A stretch of DNA of 64,000 bases from Raillietiella orientalis. Taxonomy: Eukaryota. Shown here piece by piece: positions 1-13,125 of the stretch. Location: the NCBI GenBank assembly GCA_036172245.1, contig JAYWIR010000045.1:62001-126000 (forward strand), read 5' to 3'. A program made the position numbers and the translations under genes. The notes beneath the pieces were generated by a model. That model did not search any database. It was not told where the DNA came from and worked only from the letters and a program-made list of their open reading frames with translations. Position 1 is the stretch's first letter, and every line of letters begins with the position of its first letter.

Positions 1-1256
1 TTCAGGCTCCTACGTCTCCATCTGCAAAAAATCTTTTGGTGACACATTTGGAATCCGGACAGCTATCAGTAATTGTTTTGAATATTTTTGTTCTCTTATT
101 CATGTTTTTTTAAAGAAAGAATTGCTTGCACTCTGTGCTGAAAGGGTTGATATTCTGGCAAAGAGTATTTCTTCAGATAAGCTGTTCCCTCTAATCCAGG
201 AACATTTAATCATTGCTCTTGAAGAAAACAAGGACACTATTTTCAATGCATATTTGAATGGTTTAACAGCTTGTTTGCAGCAGGTGTTTCAACCAAACGA
301 TGAGATATGCTTAGCAAATCTGTTACTACATATTGTCACCAAACTCAGCCAGTGCTGTCCATCACAGGTATATGGGGTGATAAATGGAACATAAATCTTT
401 GTTTCAAGAACTGGCTTAATTCATATCAGAGCTGTGTTGGTGCCATACCAATAACAGTTTGGAATGACGTCATTTCTGAACAGCATTTGGGTGAGAGCTA
501 CAGGGCTGTACGAATCCGTATTGGTTTGGCTTTAATTGCTACCAATTTTCAAAATGGATTTGAGTTTCTGATGCAAGCATTGGATTCAGCTTCAAGACAG
601 AATGAGTGAGTTTGTGTTCCGTCTGTATTTGACTTTGAGGTATTTGTTCAAGTTGGATATGCGTTTGTGGAGATGTTTTGCATGTTCTTGAAAATTGGCA
701 TCAAGATGAGGGACATTTAGTACATTGGACATTCGAATTGTTGTATTGCATACATGTGCGCATCACAAAATGCATGGTAAGTGCATCCACCAGTTTCCCT
801 CAGGATATTTTGATTTTTCAGGATATTGCATTTCATGTGGACTTGTTTGTTCTTATTATAATGGTTTGTTCTACTGTGTACCTCACTTCTTCCCATTTTA
901 CTGCAACCTACTCACTGCAATCTTTTAACTATTCCAATCTTTCTAAAGCACTATCATTACTGTTTGATACAAAGCCATGGAGTCAACATAAAAAAAAGGT
1001 TTTTGTTATTTGTGATGTTTGCAAAGACCAAAGAATTTTTTTAGATGCTGCATTGGATTTTGATTCTTTTACCAAATTTTCAAGGTACGCCATATCTTGA
1101 ACTGTATAGTGCTCTCAGGGAGACATTACCATCATTTCGTTATTTGGAGGAGGTGAAGTCTGCTGAAGTTTGCATCAAACTTTCTTGTTATTATCCCATG
1201 TTTCTCTTACAACCATCATATTATTAGTGAAATGTGAAGAGCTTTCAATTCCATAG
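1..1256 (+). CDS. Partial multi-exon gene, product unknown (helical, HEAT-repeat-like composition); 5' end lies outside the window
   Basis: Successive short ORFs (122-394, 307-609, 678-1100, 1045-1227) separated by ~45-nt GT...AG segments (e.g. 69-115, ~606-652, ~777-821). Leu/Ile-rich helical text with no recognised motif. The 3' end is approximate. Confidence 0.5.
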
Positions 1257-3329
1257 ACAGAAAGTATTTTCTGATTGATTATGAAGCTGATCAGATTTTA
1301 TGAGAATATAAATATTCTTGTATTCATTATATTAGTTTGTTAGATTAGATTAGGTTTTTAAATTACGAAAGAAAACATGAAAACAGTTGACATTTCATAA
1401 GGTGAGCTTTTTATACATTTTATAGATGCATATGTGCATTAGACTGTCAGATGGTTTACAGCACTTGTAGAAACAGCCTGTATGATGTCTGGGGTGGAAT
1501 GTTTTGTTTTGAATCAAACAAAATGATAGCAACTGTGATAGGCATATATGAAATGTAATTGAGAGTAGTGGGTTTTTTCAAAGCATTGTTTACCATGCTT
1601 TATTACTGAGCATGCATTTGCCGAACCTGATGTACTCATAAAAATCTCAAAAGCAGCTCCCTTTTTGATAAGTTTGCAGAGCAATGTATTTCGGATTTCG
1701 CATTTGCGTATGTTAAGTACTAACTAAATTCTGGCATCTCAGCATCATTATATACACAATGATTTCCATGAAATGAATGCGTATATGAGTATTGGATGTC
1801 AAATCGAGTATACAAGGTGATTTATTAGTCATACTTTGGTTTTCCTTGAAATGATGATTTCAACTGTAAAAAAGTGATCCGATTTCATTTTAACAATGAG
1901 TTAGCTCACTGAAATAAAAAAGGTAAGAATTATTCTGTATGCATTAGCAAATTTTTTTTTTTTTCTTTGTGCATTCATGCCCTCCCCCCTTCCCAAATAG
2001 TAATGAATCCATAATTTATCCATAAGCACTTCTCGTAATAAAACCAGATAGCTAAGGGAACATGAAATAATACCGTATAGTCATTTGGAGATACATGCTC
2101 ACAATACTATGTAGCTGTATCCTGTAGACATGTAGTAAAATTTCTGTTAATCTAGAAGTATGCAGAAGGAAAGTCTTGTACACGAACATACTTTTGAGTA
2201 TCTGCGAGAATTTGGAAGCAGAAATCATTTATCACATGCCTGGGAAAATGAAGAAAAACAAGGGAAACAAAAAGAGACCAAAAATTATTGAAACTGTGCT
2301 GCGTATGCATCGCCTTCAGACTGTGTATGAATTCTATTTGCTGTATTTAACACGATTTTCAGTACTTGGATTGCCAGAAGCATTTCCAAATAAACATTCT
2401 TGGATAATTGTGTAGATCTATTTCCAAAAGGCGAACATTCTGTCTTAAGTACATTCGACGTCATTGATGGTCGAAAGCTTCATTCATGTCATGTGTTATT
2501 GTCTCTGTAATTAAAGTTAGATTGTATCTTTTTAGGTATCGTTGTGTGTTTTGTCTTCCATGTATTTCTCCTTTTGGTTACGTAGTTCTTGAATATAAAC
2601 TTTATCGTTAGTGTACCATATTGTGAATAAGTATTGCAGTTATCCTTTGCATAGCTACTGTGCTTCAACTGCAGATAAATCGTTTGTGTTCTCAAGCGCA
2701 CGTGATACTCTCATTCATATGCAATTACTTTTCAGCAAAGAAAGCTAGCTTTTCTTACTTGCTTGTCCAAGTAATTCTTGTTTCGACTCACTTTTGATAG
2801 TGATTCACACCTACTCGGAGAGTAAAGCGTGTCGTGGCGTGCAGTGTTCCCACCCACCAAACTGTCCGTCACGACGGTGTGTTCTCAAAAACTTGTCGGT
2901 GCTCAAAGTGTCGATGTTGGCGAGAGAAACGAAGGGTGCTGTCGCCCTCGCCGCGAGCGTTCCCAGCTCGGCTGCGTACACTCCCTTTCGAAAAGTTGCG
3001 TGCAAGCCCTTTCACGTACGCGTGCCGAATTTCTCGTTAGCGTACTCGAAATGTTCCCATTCGTTTCGTGCCTTCGTTTTTGGGCTTGCAACCGTTCGTC
3101 CGAACGCGGGAAGTATCTCGGAACTCTGCAGAAGGCGAATTTCACGCGATCTTCGAAACGAACACTTGCCTGCGGTTTCTGCACGGATTTTCACCCTTCC
3201 GTGTCCGGTGACCCCTGCTGCGCTGCCCCTCGCTTCTTCCCTCCTTTCCCGTCGCCAAGCTCTGTTTGCTGCTGGGAATGCTCGCCAAGTAAAGAGTTGC
3301 GCTCGCTCGGACGTCGCATTCCGTCCATT

Positions 3330-4517
3330 CACAACTGTGGCTTCCATCTGCGCCAGATGGTCGCCCTGACGAGGGAGAATACCTGCATCTCCTGCCTCCC
3401 CGCGAACAGCACTGCCTGGCTTCAGGAGTCAGTTTCCGCGTGGGCTAAGATCAACGGCACGAGCGAGGCGGAATACAACTGCCTACGTCGAGGACCGTAC
3501 GCTCGACAGTCGCTGCAGGAGATTGTCAACACGCCCCGGAAGTTTCTGTGGCCTTCGTTCAGTCCCCGTTCTGTCCTCCCTGAAGAACGTTAGGAGCAGC
3601 AACGAGGGAGCATCGTGGGAGGTGTCTCCTGCCTCGGACGAGGCAGGAGAAAACCAGTAAAGGCAGCTAGCCACGCCAACGCTGCCACCCCGAGCGTCCC
3701 GCCTCACGGACTTGCGCGCTGGGGAGAGCTGCTCGCAATACCTCCGGAGGAGGTGAAGTGGCCCCCAGCGTGCTGGGATAGCGGCACCCTTCCGTTGACG
3801 TGGCAGGAGACGGCGTTGCTCTTTCTGCATTGGGGACTGTTAAGCAGAGCACGCCTGTCTCACTGGACACTGGCGAATGTGGATGCCCGATGCGTCGAGT
3901 GCGGGGAAAGGGAAACCTTCCCGCATCTTACCCTCGAGCGTGTCGCCCTGGTTGGACTCTGGAGTCGAATCGCCCCGATCCTCCATGTTCCAGTAGGCGA
4001 CCCTAAGGAGATTTACCGACGCCTCTTTCTGCGTAACGGCCTGAGCCCCGCTGCGTCTCTAGCAGTCCTCTGCTGCGTGCGCGGCATCGTGCAAAGGTGG
4101 AACGCAAGAAGAAGAGGCCAAAGATGCAGGGACGCCGTCCACCGGACGACGACCTCCTTGGAGACGGCGACAAGGTGGCGTCTACCAACAACGACAAAAA
4201 CAGAACTTGTCTGCATCCTGGAGAGGATGCAGAGGACCAATCCAGGCGCTCAGTGATCCCTTCCCTGCCCTCCACTCCCCCGTATAACTATTCCCCCCCC
4301 CTCCCGTTCTTTCTCTTTTGGTTTCTTTGTTTTTGATTTTCCCCTTCCCCCGCGCCTGGGGACACAACCTCGCCGGTCTAAGGACCGGGTAACGACAATT
4401 TTGCAGCGTGGGAGAACCGAGTGTTCCCCCACAAAAAAACATTTCTTTAAAGACTTTTATTATCTAATTTTTGTAATAAATTAGAATAAGAAATGCTCCG
4501 GCATATCCTGGTGATAA
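3330..4517 (+). mobile_element. 5'-truncated L1/Tx1-like LINE (ORF2 C-terminus with zinc finger, plus 3'UTR) nested in the H3 element
   Basis: Perfect 12-bp TSD ATTCCGTCCATT at 3318-3329 and 4518-4529. Translation LPLTWQE...CVECGERETFPHL resembles the CxxC-E-H-C finger of L1/Tx1 ORF2. In-frame TAG at 3591-3593. Homologous to many copies at 33-61 kb. Confidence 0.8.
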
Positions 4518-4762
4518 ATTCCGTCCATTGCGGACTGCGCGGCTGCACACGCCAAAAGCAAAAACGAAAACCGAACAGCCGCGTTCCGCTCTCGCCGCTT
4601 AACACGTCCGAGTTTGCCGAGAGTGTATTCTTCGCTGCGTGCGCGTGTCGGGAATGGTGTCGCCACGCCGGGAAATGCAAGGAGCCAGTGCAAGGCAGTC
4701 GGATGGAAGCGGGCACAGGATGGAAGACGCGGGGGTAATTCCGGGGGATGAACGCGGGATAG

Positions 4763-5353
<591 letters not shown>

Positions 5354-5382
5354 GCAAATTGGTCGACGTGGTGGAACGTGGA

Positions 5383-5398
5383 GGCCCTTTTCAGGGCC
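5383..5398 (+). terminator. Histone mRNA 3' stem-loop (SLBP site) followed by a purine-rich downstream element
   Basis: GGCCCT-TTTC-AGGGCC about 30 nt after the stop; GAGAAAGG about 10 nt further downstream. Confidence 0.93.
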
Positions 5399-5646
5399 GT
5401 CAAATGCCGAGAAAGGTTGGCGGTGATAGTATTGCACCCCGTGACGACCGGGGTGCGGGGTGGTGGTTACTCGCGCAGGGTGACCAGCAAAAATGGCGAC
5501 CCGTCGCGGCACGAGCGGTGCGGTCGTTCTGTCCTCTTCCTGTGCTCCTCCGGGTGAACGCCTGGCAACCCGGAGGCTCGCATCGAAGCTCCGCGACCGT
5601 GTTTCGGGGCGCTCCACGGGAAACTCACGATCCTCTTTCTTGTGAC

Positions 5647-7590
5647 TTGACGTGCCCATCCCGGAGGTCACTGCTTGCTCTTGGGTCTCCATTACTCGCT
5701 TCAGAGTTCTCACGCATCCGAGTTGCGTGTTCTTCCTGCTCAACAAACTTTTCTGATTGGATGCGAACCTCTCAGCAGGCGCAGAAAAACTTTGACACGG
5801 TAGCTTATTGAACGCATTCCGCCCCTGGCAGTGTTCGCTGACCCGTGAGCTCGAATCTCACAATCGGTTTGAATTTTGAATTTATGTAACTTATTTCGTG
5901 CTGCTAATGTCACTGGCGATTGGAGATTACACCATTGATTGAGAAAGGTAAATACTAGAGACGAATTAGGAAACTGTGTGTTAGGACTGAATTTATAATA
6001 AGGATGACAAAGCTGTCAATCGGGAATCCCATAACGTATCCTAATAGTGAGATTACAATTACGTGCTGGGCATGTAATGCAAATCTGAAGGAAAAAAAAA
6101 TTAGCAAATGTTTTGCTGCTTTAAACTTGCAGGTGCGTTCTTCGACCAGCAACTTCGTTCATGCTTCTGATAAGTCCACTTACCTACTATTTAGTCTAGT
6201 CGGAGTTTTGTAAAATTGACCCAGTGGCCACATTTTGGGGGCGTATGTTACGGCATATAATACATTTCTGAGTAATACTCGAAAAATTCGATGTATACAT
6301 ATTGCAATAATACAGCTCTGCAAAAATCGTACAGGTAATTTGCTTCCCTTGCCTCTCTTCCAAAAATACATATTTTTATTATTTCCATATTTTAGACGCG
6401 TTTCGAAAAATGCCCCGCAGATGAGGATTCCCTTTGAATTTCACCCCTGATTTCTGTTTTGACCACATGTTGTGAGGAATGCAGAAAATGCACTTTTAGA
6501 ATAATCCACCTAATACTGACAGTTCAACTTCTGAAGTGTGCACGCGGGAAACTTCAAGCATTTCTTTTTGTGCTTGTATTTTGGAATTCAGTGTTTGGCA
6601 TAATTTTCCACAACTCACTTGCAGAGGCTCTTTTTTTCCTTTCTGCGCACTTTTTCGGTATAACAAACTGCGCGAAATGCTAAGAAAATGAGTGAAGAGC
6701 CCTTGGGAACTGCAAGCATATTTTGCAGCATAAAAAAATAGCAAAGAAAAGTTTACCTTGGACAACACTTTTAAGCAGAGTCGGAAGTTTTCACTTTTTT
6801 CCTAATTAGGAATGGAACCAATCACTTCTTTCAACACACGTTTTACAGAAATGCATATCTGGTCCAGCAGTTTATCTTCACGGGATACGTTCCCCTTACA
6901 AACATTGAGATGTCCATTTCTAAAGGACACGTGTGTTTTCTGCAGAGCACCGGAATTCACATAAATTTTGTTTTCGTCACTTTGCATGTGGGGATCTTTT
7001 AGTGAAGAACGCTCGTTCTTCTGGCTTATTTCGGTAGGTGTACTGGGCATCCTTGAATTTGTTTTCTGTTTTTTTTTTTGTAAGGATCCTTTGCCTTTCT
7101 TCTCGCTCTTTGATACACTCTCATTTAAGACGTCCACAACACTTCTGCTTCGTCCCGCATGCAATTTGTTCGTGCGTTTTGGTTCCACTGGGAACTGCTT
7201 CAAACCTGACCCGGAGGTCTCTTTCTGCATCAGAAGCCACTGTTGGTATAGGCTTGAGATCTCACCTTGCAGCTGGTTGCAATAAACTTTCAATTTTTTA
7301 AAACGTTCACATACATCTGAATTATTTCGTAGACTTCGTCAACTTGTTCGCTTTACCTTGCAAGGCACGTTTGGATACCTTGGCGCGTACACGTGACGAT
7401 TTGCACTCTGGTACACCGTGTTCCCTGATCTCCTTTTTTACTTCTACATGCTTCAACTGCGCCTCGAGCCTCTCAAACGCTTCCCTTATGGCTAATCACA
7501 AAGTACAACTGACGGTTCTTTTCATTGTAAGATGCTTACCGTAATAATTGGAATAATACATTGCATTAACAAGATCCAATCGCCCTTGCA
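5647..7590 (-). CDS. Multi-exon gene of unknown function (coiled-coil/charged); probably continues past the H3 element insertion
   Basis: The reading frame stays open across short GT-AG introns (7493-7540, ~7317-7356, ~6802-6846): RLDLVNAMYYSNYY|AIREAFERLEAQLKH...|DVCERFKKLKVYCNQLQGE...|EKSENFRLCLKVLSK. Outer limits are uncertain. Confidence 0.55.
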
Positions 7591-8480
7591 AGCACAAAAA
7601 TTCAACATCGAATTGCGACTTCGCTAATTTTTGGTTGGCAGTCCGACTACATGGTTTGCTGCCACATACACGATGTCCTCATGCGACCTCTAATGACACA
7701 GATTGCTGCTTCATCAAAATAAATGCCAGGCGGTTGCGCACTTTACCCACATGGCTGCTGCATTTTTTTGCATTTATTTTCCCAGCATCAAATTAACCGT
7801 ACGTGCAGGGTGCTGGTAGACCTTGCATGTGTTCGTCACCCTCGCAAGGCATTAGTAGTGCATTGAACTATTTTGCATCTATGCATAAAGAGCAGTTTTT
7901 AACTAGCCCAAATGAACTTACCATAAGAATTGCAAGGAAAGCTTTCTATGCATATTTTTTTCTAGTTTGCAGCACATGCATGCGGAATGTAGTACTGTTC
8001 CGAAAATTTGAACTCTGGGAAAAATTCCGCACTCCGAATGAAATGAATTTCTTTAAATCGAAAAGCAAAAATTGATTCTGTTATAGAAACCGAAAAGCAA
8101 TGTATGTAATGTACCTTCCAAGTATACAAGCACTCCGATTATTTCTCTAATCTTTCAGTTTTTGTACTCCGAAAAACATATTTGAATGCAGTTTGAAGTC
8201 AACACAAACACAACGTGATCATAAAAATAACGTTTGCTCTTTTCGGTACATATCACGTTAAGAAATTTCTGGAATGAAGATTGAAAATCGTTTACAAATG
8301 CTATCAAAACTTTCGTAAATCTTTTCGTCATTCTCCATTTTGCTGCTAGGAATGGATGGCAATGAATTCCACGAACTGAGATAATTTGGAGCAGAAGATC
8401 TCAAGACCAGTTTTTGACGTCATATAGTTTTCGATAATACCTTCTAGCTTAAAACAGTACGATTATCAGTATCCTTTCGT

Positions 8481-8538
8481 CAAAAAGAAATTCTTTTTGT
8501 TCGAATTGGAAGTAAATATTTTACTTCCAATTCGAACA
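8481..8538. repeat. Two abutting perfect palindromes (9-bp arms and 19-bp arms)
   Basis: CAAAAAGAA-A-TTCTTTTTG (8481-8499) and TGTTCGAATTGGAAGTAAA-TAT-TTTACTTCCAATTCGAACA (8498-8538). Confidence 0.95.
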
Positions 8539-10562
8539 CCTGATTATGCATTCGCCAAATTTTCAAATTTTATTTGTGTCTTGCATATAAGCAGTAAATC
8601 TACAAACATTTTTCATTATTCAGGGATCGATTGAAATCATCCCTTGGCAACCTTGAAATTCATGGCGTCCGTTTGCAATATTAAATTCCCTATCATATCA
8701 TTCATTATCATTTGTAACCTCGTTAGTTCTCAGAGTGAAGATAATGTGAGCATTCTTTATATCATTTTCAAATCTTTAAACTATTTGCAGATATCAGGGA
8801 GGGGGGGGGGGAGCAGCAGAAAGTGGGAATTGGGCTTCAACATGATGGTCCAGCAGCTGCGCTTGTTTCAACAAGCAACACCCAGTTTAGAATGCATTTA
8901 TTAGCACAAAAAGGCCTTGAAGTGGAAACCAAATCTCTTTCAAGTTTAAATTTTTCAGCGTTTCTTATCAGTTTCCCTTTCATGATGTCGTGATCTTAAG
9001 GATTCTACAGTCTTCAATTTCTGGATTTAATTGTTTACGGGTCTGCTCCCTAAATTGTCCCAGTGTAATTTCGTTTCCCAAATACGTTTTCAATGTTCTT
9101 AGCCGAATGCTTCTCTTCATTCTTGTGCTTTATTTATTTTACTTTATTTTTGATTTTTCCTCCATCAAAAACAGGTTTAAAAGGAACTCGCTTAGAAACA
9201 GTAATGGTTAGCAACGAAATAGAATGCGTACTTAGTTCTTATAAACTTGGTGTGCTTTCTGTTTTGTATTCAAACTTTGAAGCATACCATTGAACATACG
9301 ATATTTTATTCGTGTATTAATCATTAATTCTGGAATGCAAGACGTATTCTTCACATACTTTTATTCTTGAGTACGTACCAAATGGTACGAATAACTTGAC
9401 TTTGGACTGACGTTGTTCCTACCAAACGTTCATTCACCTAAATTCTTATGGTGGGATCACTCTTATTGAAATCATGCAAATACTGGAAATAGACAAAAAG
9501 AAATCATGCAAATACAGACGAAATGATGGAGGAATAATTAATTAATGCAGACAATGCAATCAATCACTCGCAAAATAGCAATCCAATTCACCAAAGCGTT
9601 TTAATACTAAATTGAAGTTACTTTTTAAAGTATTATGTGAGTGGAATGTAATTAATGATAATTTATGTGAAATGATGTTTTACTTTGTAAAAATTGAAAA
9701 AAATAAATAAATTGTGAGATGGGAAGGAATTTGGCAAGAATTTGTTTAAAATGTTTCTTGAAGATTAGATATAAGACACTGTGTAATCGGCAGGAAACGA
9801 TTAAAAGCAAGGAATTTAATTGGATATCCAACTGAAAAAAAAAAAAAAGACTTGTTAGCAAAGCAAATACACATGTAATGCGAAAATTTCAGGGACACTA
9901 AAGTTCTCTTTTTTTATTTGTGATATTACTATTATCGTGTTTCCTTTCTACGGGAGAAATTACTGCATTTTACCTCCAATATAGTCACTTTGCATGTCTG
10001 AAGAACGGGTAAAAAACGAGTTTCATGGAGGCACTTTGACAAACATCAAAGTTCAAGAAACAGAATCAGACTAGACGTCTCCAGATCCTACAAATATCCA
10101 TAAACGAGCGTTGGAAGACAAAAAACAAGCACCAAGCGGTGGTACACTACTCCATTGCCAAAAGAGGACCTACTACCATAGGACGAGCAATTATGGTGAC
10201 CCTTTCAAGACCCAGGGAGTTAATTACTGAAGAAATAGAAAATTCCTAGACAGGCAGAGCACTTGAGGAATTCAAGACTTTGAATATTGAAGACTGAGGA
10301 TAAGTGGATAAGTGTTGGATGCATCACCGCCGATTACGGAAGCCCTGAAATCACGAGTCGAAAGGAATAGGCAGGGAAAAGTGGCAGAAAATCCTTCTTG
10401 TCACCTCATGGAAACATCCTTTTACGTAGGTTATAATAACCAAATGTAAACAAAAGTGCACCAGAGTTCAACACATTGCATTTTGATTTATTCTCGACTA
10501 TGATCTGTTTTTCGAAATGAGAATTCTCTCAAGAATTTTTTGTTTGCCTGCTCCTTTTTAAG

Positions 10563-10808
10563 CCGAATATGATCTCAACATCCCATCATTGACATCGATA
10601 TTCCGACTCATTAAAGGTAATAAGGACCAGCTGCTTGTGGCTCAAAAATTCTTGCTTCTTCTTAAACGATGCAAGTATAAAACATTAATGTGAACCAGTA
10701 ATTAAAGATAAACGTTGTAGAAGCAAACTGAAGACCCTGCAAGCTTATTTTACCAACCGCATTTTCTTACCACTAAATAGGTTTGTCAATCGGTGCTCTT
10801 CTGGTAAA
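10563..10808 (+). CDS. Two putative exons of an unknown gene, ending at the insertion point of H3 element copy 2
   Basis: The frame is open across a 46-nt GT-AG intron (10675-10720): EYDLNIPSLTSIFRLIKGNKDQLLVAQKFLLLLKRCK|SKLKTLQAYFTNRIFLPLNRFVNRCSSGK. Pyrimidine-rich acceptor before 10563. Confidence 0.4.
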
Positions 10809-11056
10809 GTCACAAGAAAGAGGATCGTGAGTTTCCCGTGGAGCGCCCCGAAACACGGTCGCGGAGCTTCGATGCGAGCCTCCGGGTTGCCAGGCGTTCA
10901 CCCGGAGGAGCACAGGAAGAGGACAGAACGACCGCACCGCTCGTGCCGCGACGGGTCGCCATTTTTGCTGGTCACCCTGCGCGAGTAACCACCACCCCGC
11001 ACCCCGGTCGTCACGGGGTGCAATACTCTCACCGCCAACCTTTCTCGGCATTTGAC

Positions 11057-11072
11057 GGCCCTGAAAAGGGCC
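11057..11072 (-). terminator. Histone mRNA 3' stem-loop, copy 2
   Basis: GGCCCTGAAAAGGGCC on the + strand is the reverse complement of the stem-loop. Confidence 0.93.
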
Positions 11073-11101
11073 TCCACGTTCCACCACGTCGACCAATTTG
11101 C

Positions 11102-11692
<591 letters not shown>

Positions 11693-11937
11693 CTATCCCG
11701 CGTTCATCCCCCGGAATTACCCCCGCGTCTTCCATCCTGTGCCCGCTTCCATCCGACTGCCTTGCACTGGCTCCTTGCATTTCCCGGCGTGGCGACACCA
11801 TTCCCGACACGCGCACGCAGCGAAGAATACACTCTCGGCAAACTCGGACGTGTTAAGCGGCGAGAGCGGAACGCGGCTGTTCGGTTTTCGTTTTTGCTTT
11901 TGGCGTGTGCAGCCGCGCAGTCCGCAATGGACGGAAT

Positions 11938-13125
11938 TTATCACCAGGATATGCCGGAGCATTTCTTATTCTAATTTATTACAAAAATTAGATAATAAAA
12001 GTCTTTAAAGAAATGTTTTTTTGTGGGGGAACACTCGGTTCTCCCACGCTGCAAAATTGTCGTTACCCGGTCCTTAGACCGGCGAGGTTGTGTCCCCAGG
12101 CGCGGGGGAAGGGGAAAATCAAAAACAAAGAAACCAAAAGAGAAAGAACGGGAGGGGGGGGGAATAGTTATACGGGGGAGTGGAGGGCAGGGAAGGGATC
12201 ACTGAGCGCCTGGATTGGTCCTCTGCATCCTCTCCAGGATGCAGACAAGTTCTGTTTTTGTCGTTGTTGGTAGACGCCACCTTGTCGCCGTCTCCAAGGA
12301 GGTCGTCGTCCGGTGGACGGCGTCCCTGCATCTTTGGCCTCTTCTTCTTGCGTTCCACCTTTGCACGATGCCGCGCACGCAGCAGAGGACTGCTAGAGAC
12401 GCAGCGGGGCTCAGGCCGTTACGCAGAAAGAGGCGTCGGTAAATCTCCTTAGGGTCGCCTACTGGAACATGGAGGATCGGGGCGATTCGACTCCAGAGTC
12501 CAACCAGGGCGACACGCTCGAGGGTAAGATGCGGGAAGGTTTCCCTTTCCCCGCACTCGACGCATCGGGCATCCACATTCGCCAGTGTCCAGTGAGACAG
12601 GCGTGCTCTGCTTAACAGTCCCCAATGCAGAAAGAGCAACGCCGTCTCCTGCCACGTCAACGGAAGGGTGCCGCTATCCCAGCACGCTGGGGGCCACTTC
12701 ACCTCCTCCGGAGGTATTGCGAGCAGCTCTCCCCAGCGCGCAAGTCCGTGAGGCGGGACGCTCGGGGTGGCAGCGTTGGCGTGGCTAGCTGCCTTTACTG
12801 GTTTTCTCCTGCCTCGTCCGAGGCAGGAGACACCTCCCACGATGCTCCCTCGTTGCTGCTCCTAACGTTCTTCAGGGAGGACAGAACGGGGACTGAACGA
12901 AGGCCACAGAAACTTCCGGGGCGTGTTGACAATCTCCTGCAGCGACTGTCGAGCGTACGGTCCTCGACGTAGGCAGTTGTATTCCGCCTCGCTCGTGCCG
13001 TTGATCTTAGCCCACGCGGAAACTGACTCCTGAAGCCAGGCAGTGCTGTTCGCGGGGAGGCAGGAGATGCAGGTATTCTCCCTCGTCAGGGCGACCATCT
13101 GGCGCAGATGGAAGCCACAGTTGTG
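11938..13125 (-). mobile_element. 5'-truncated L1/Tx1-like LINE nested in H3 element copy 2
   Basis: Mirror of 3330-4517, including the 12-bp TSD. Confidence 0.8.
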
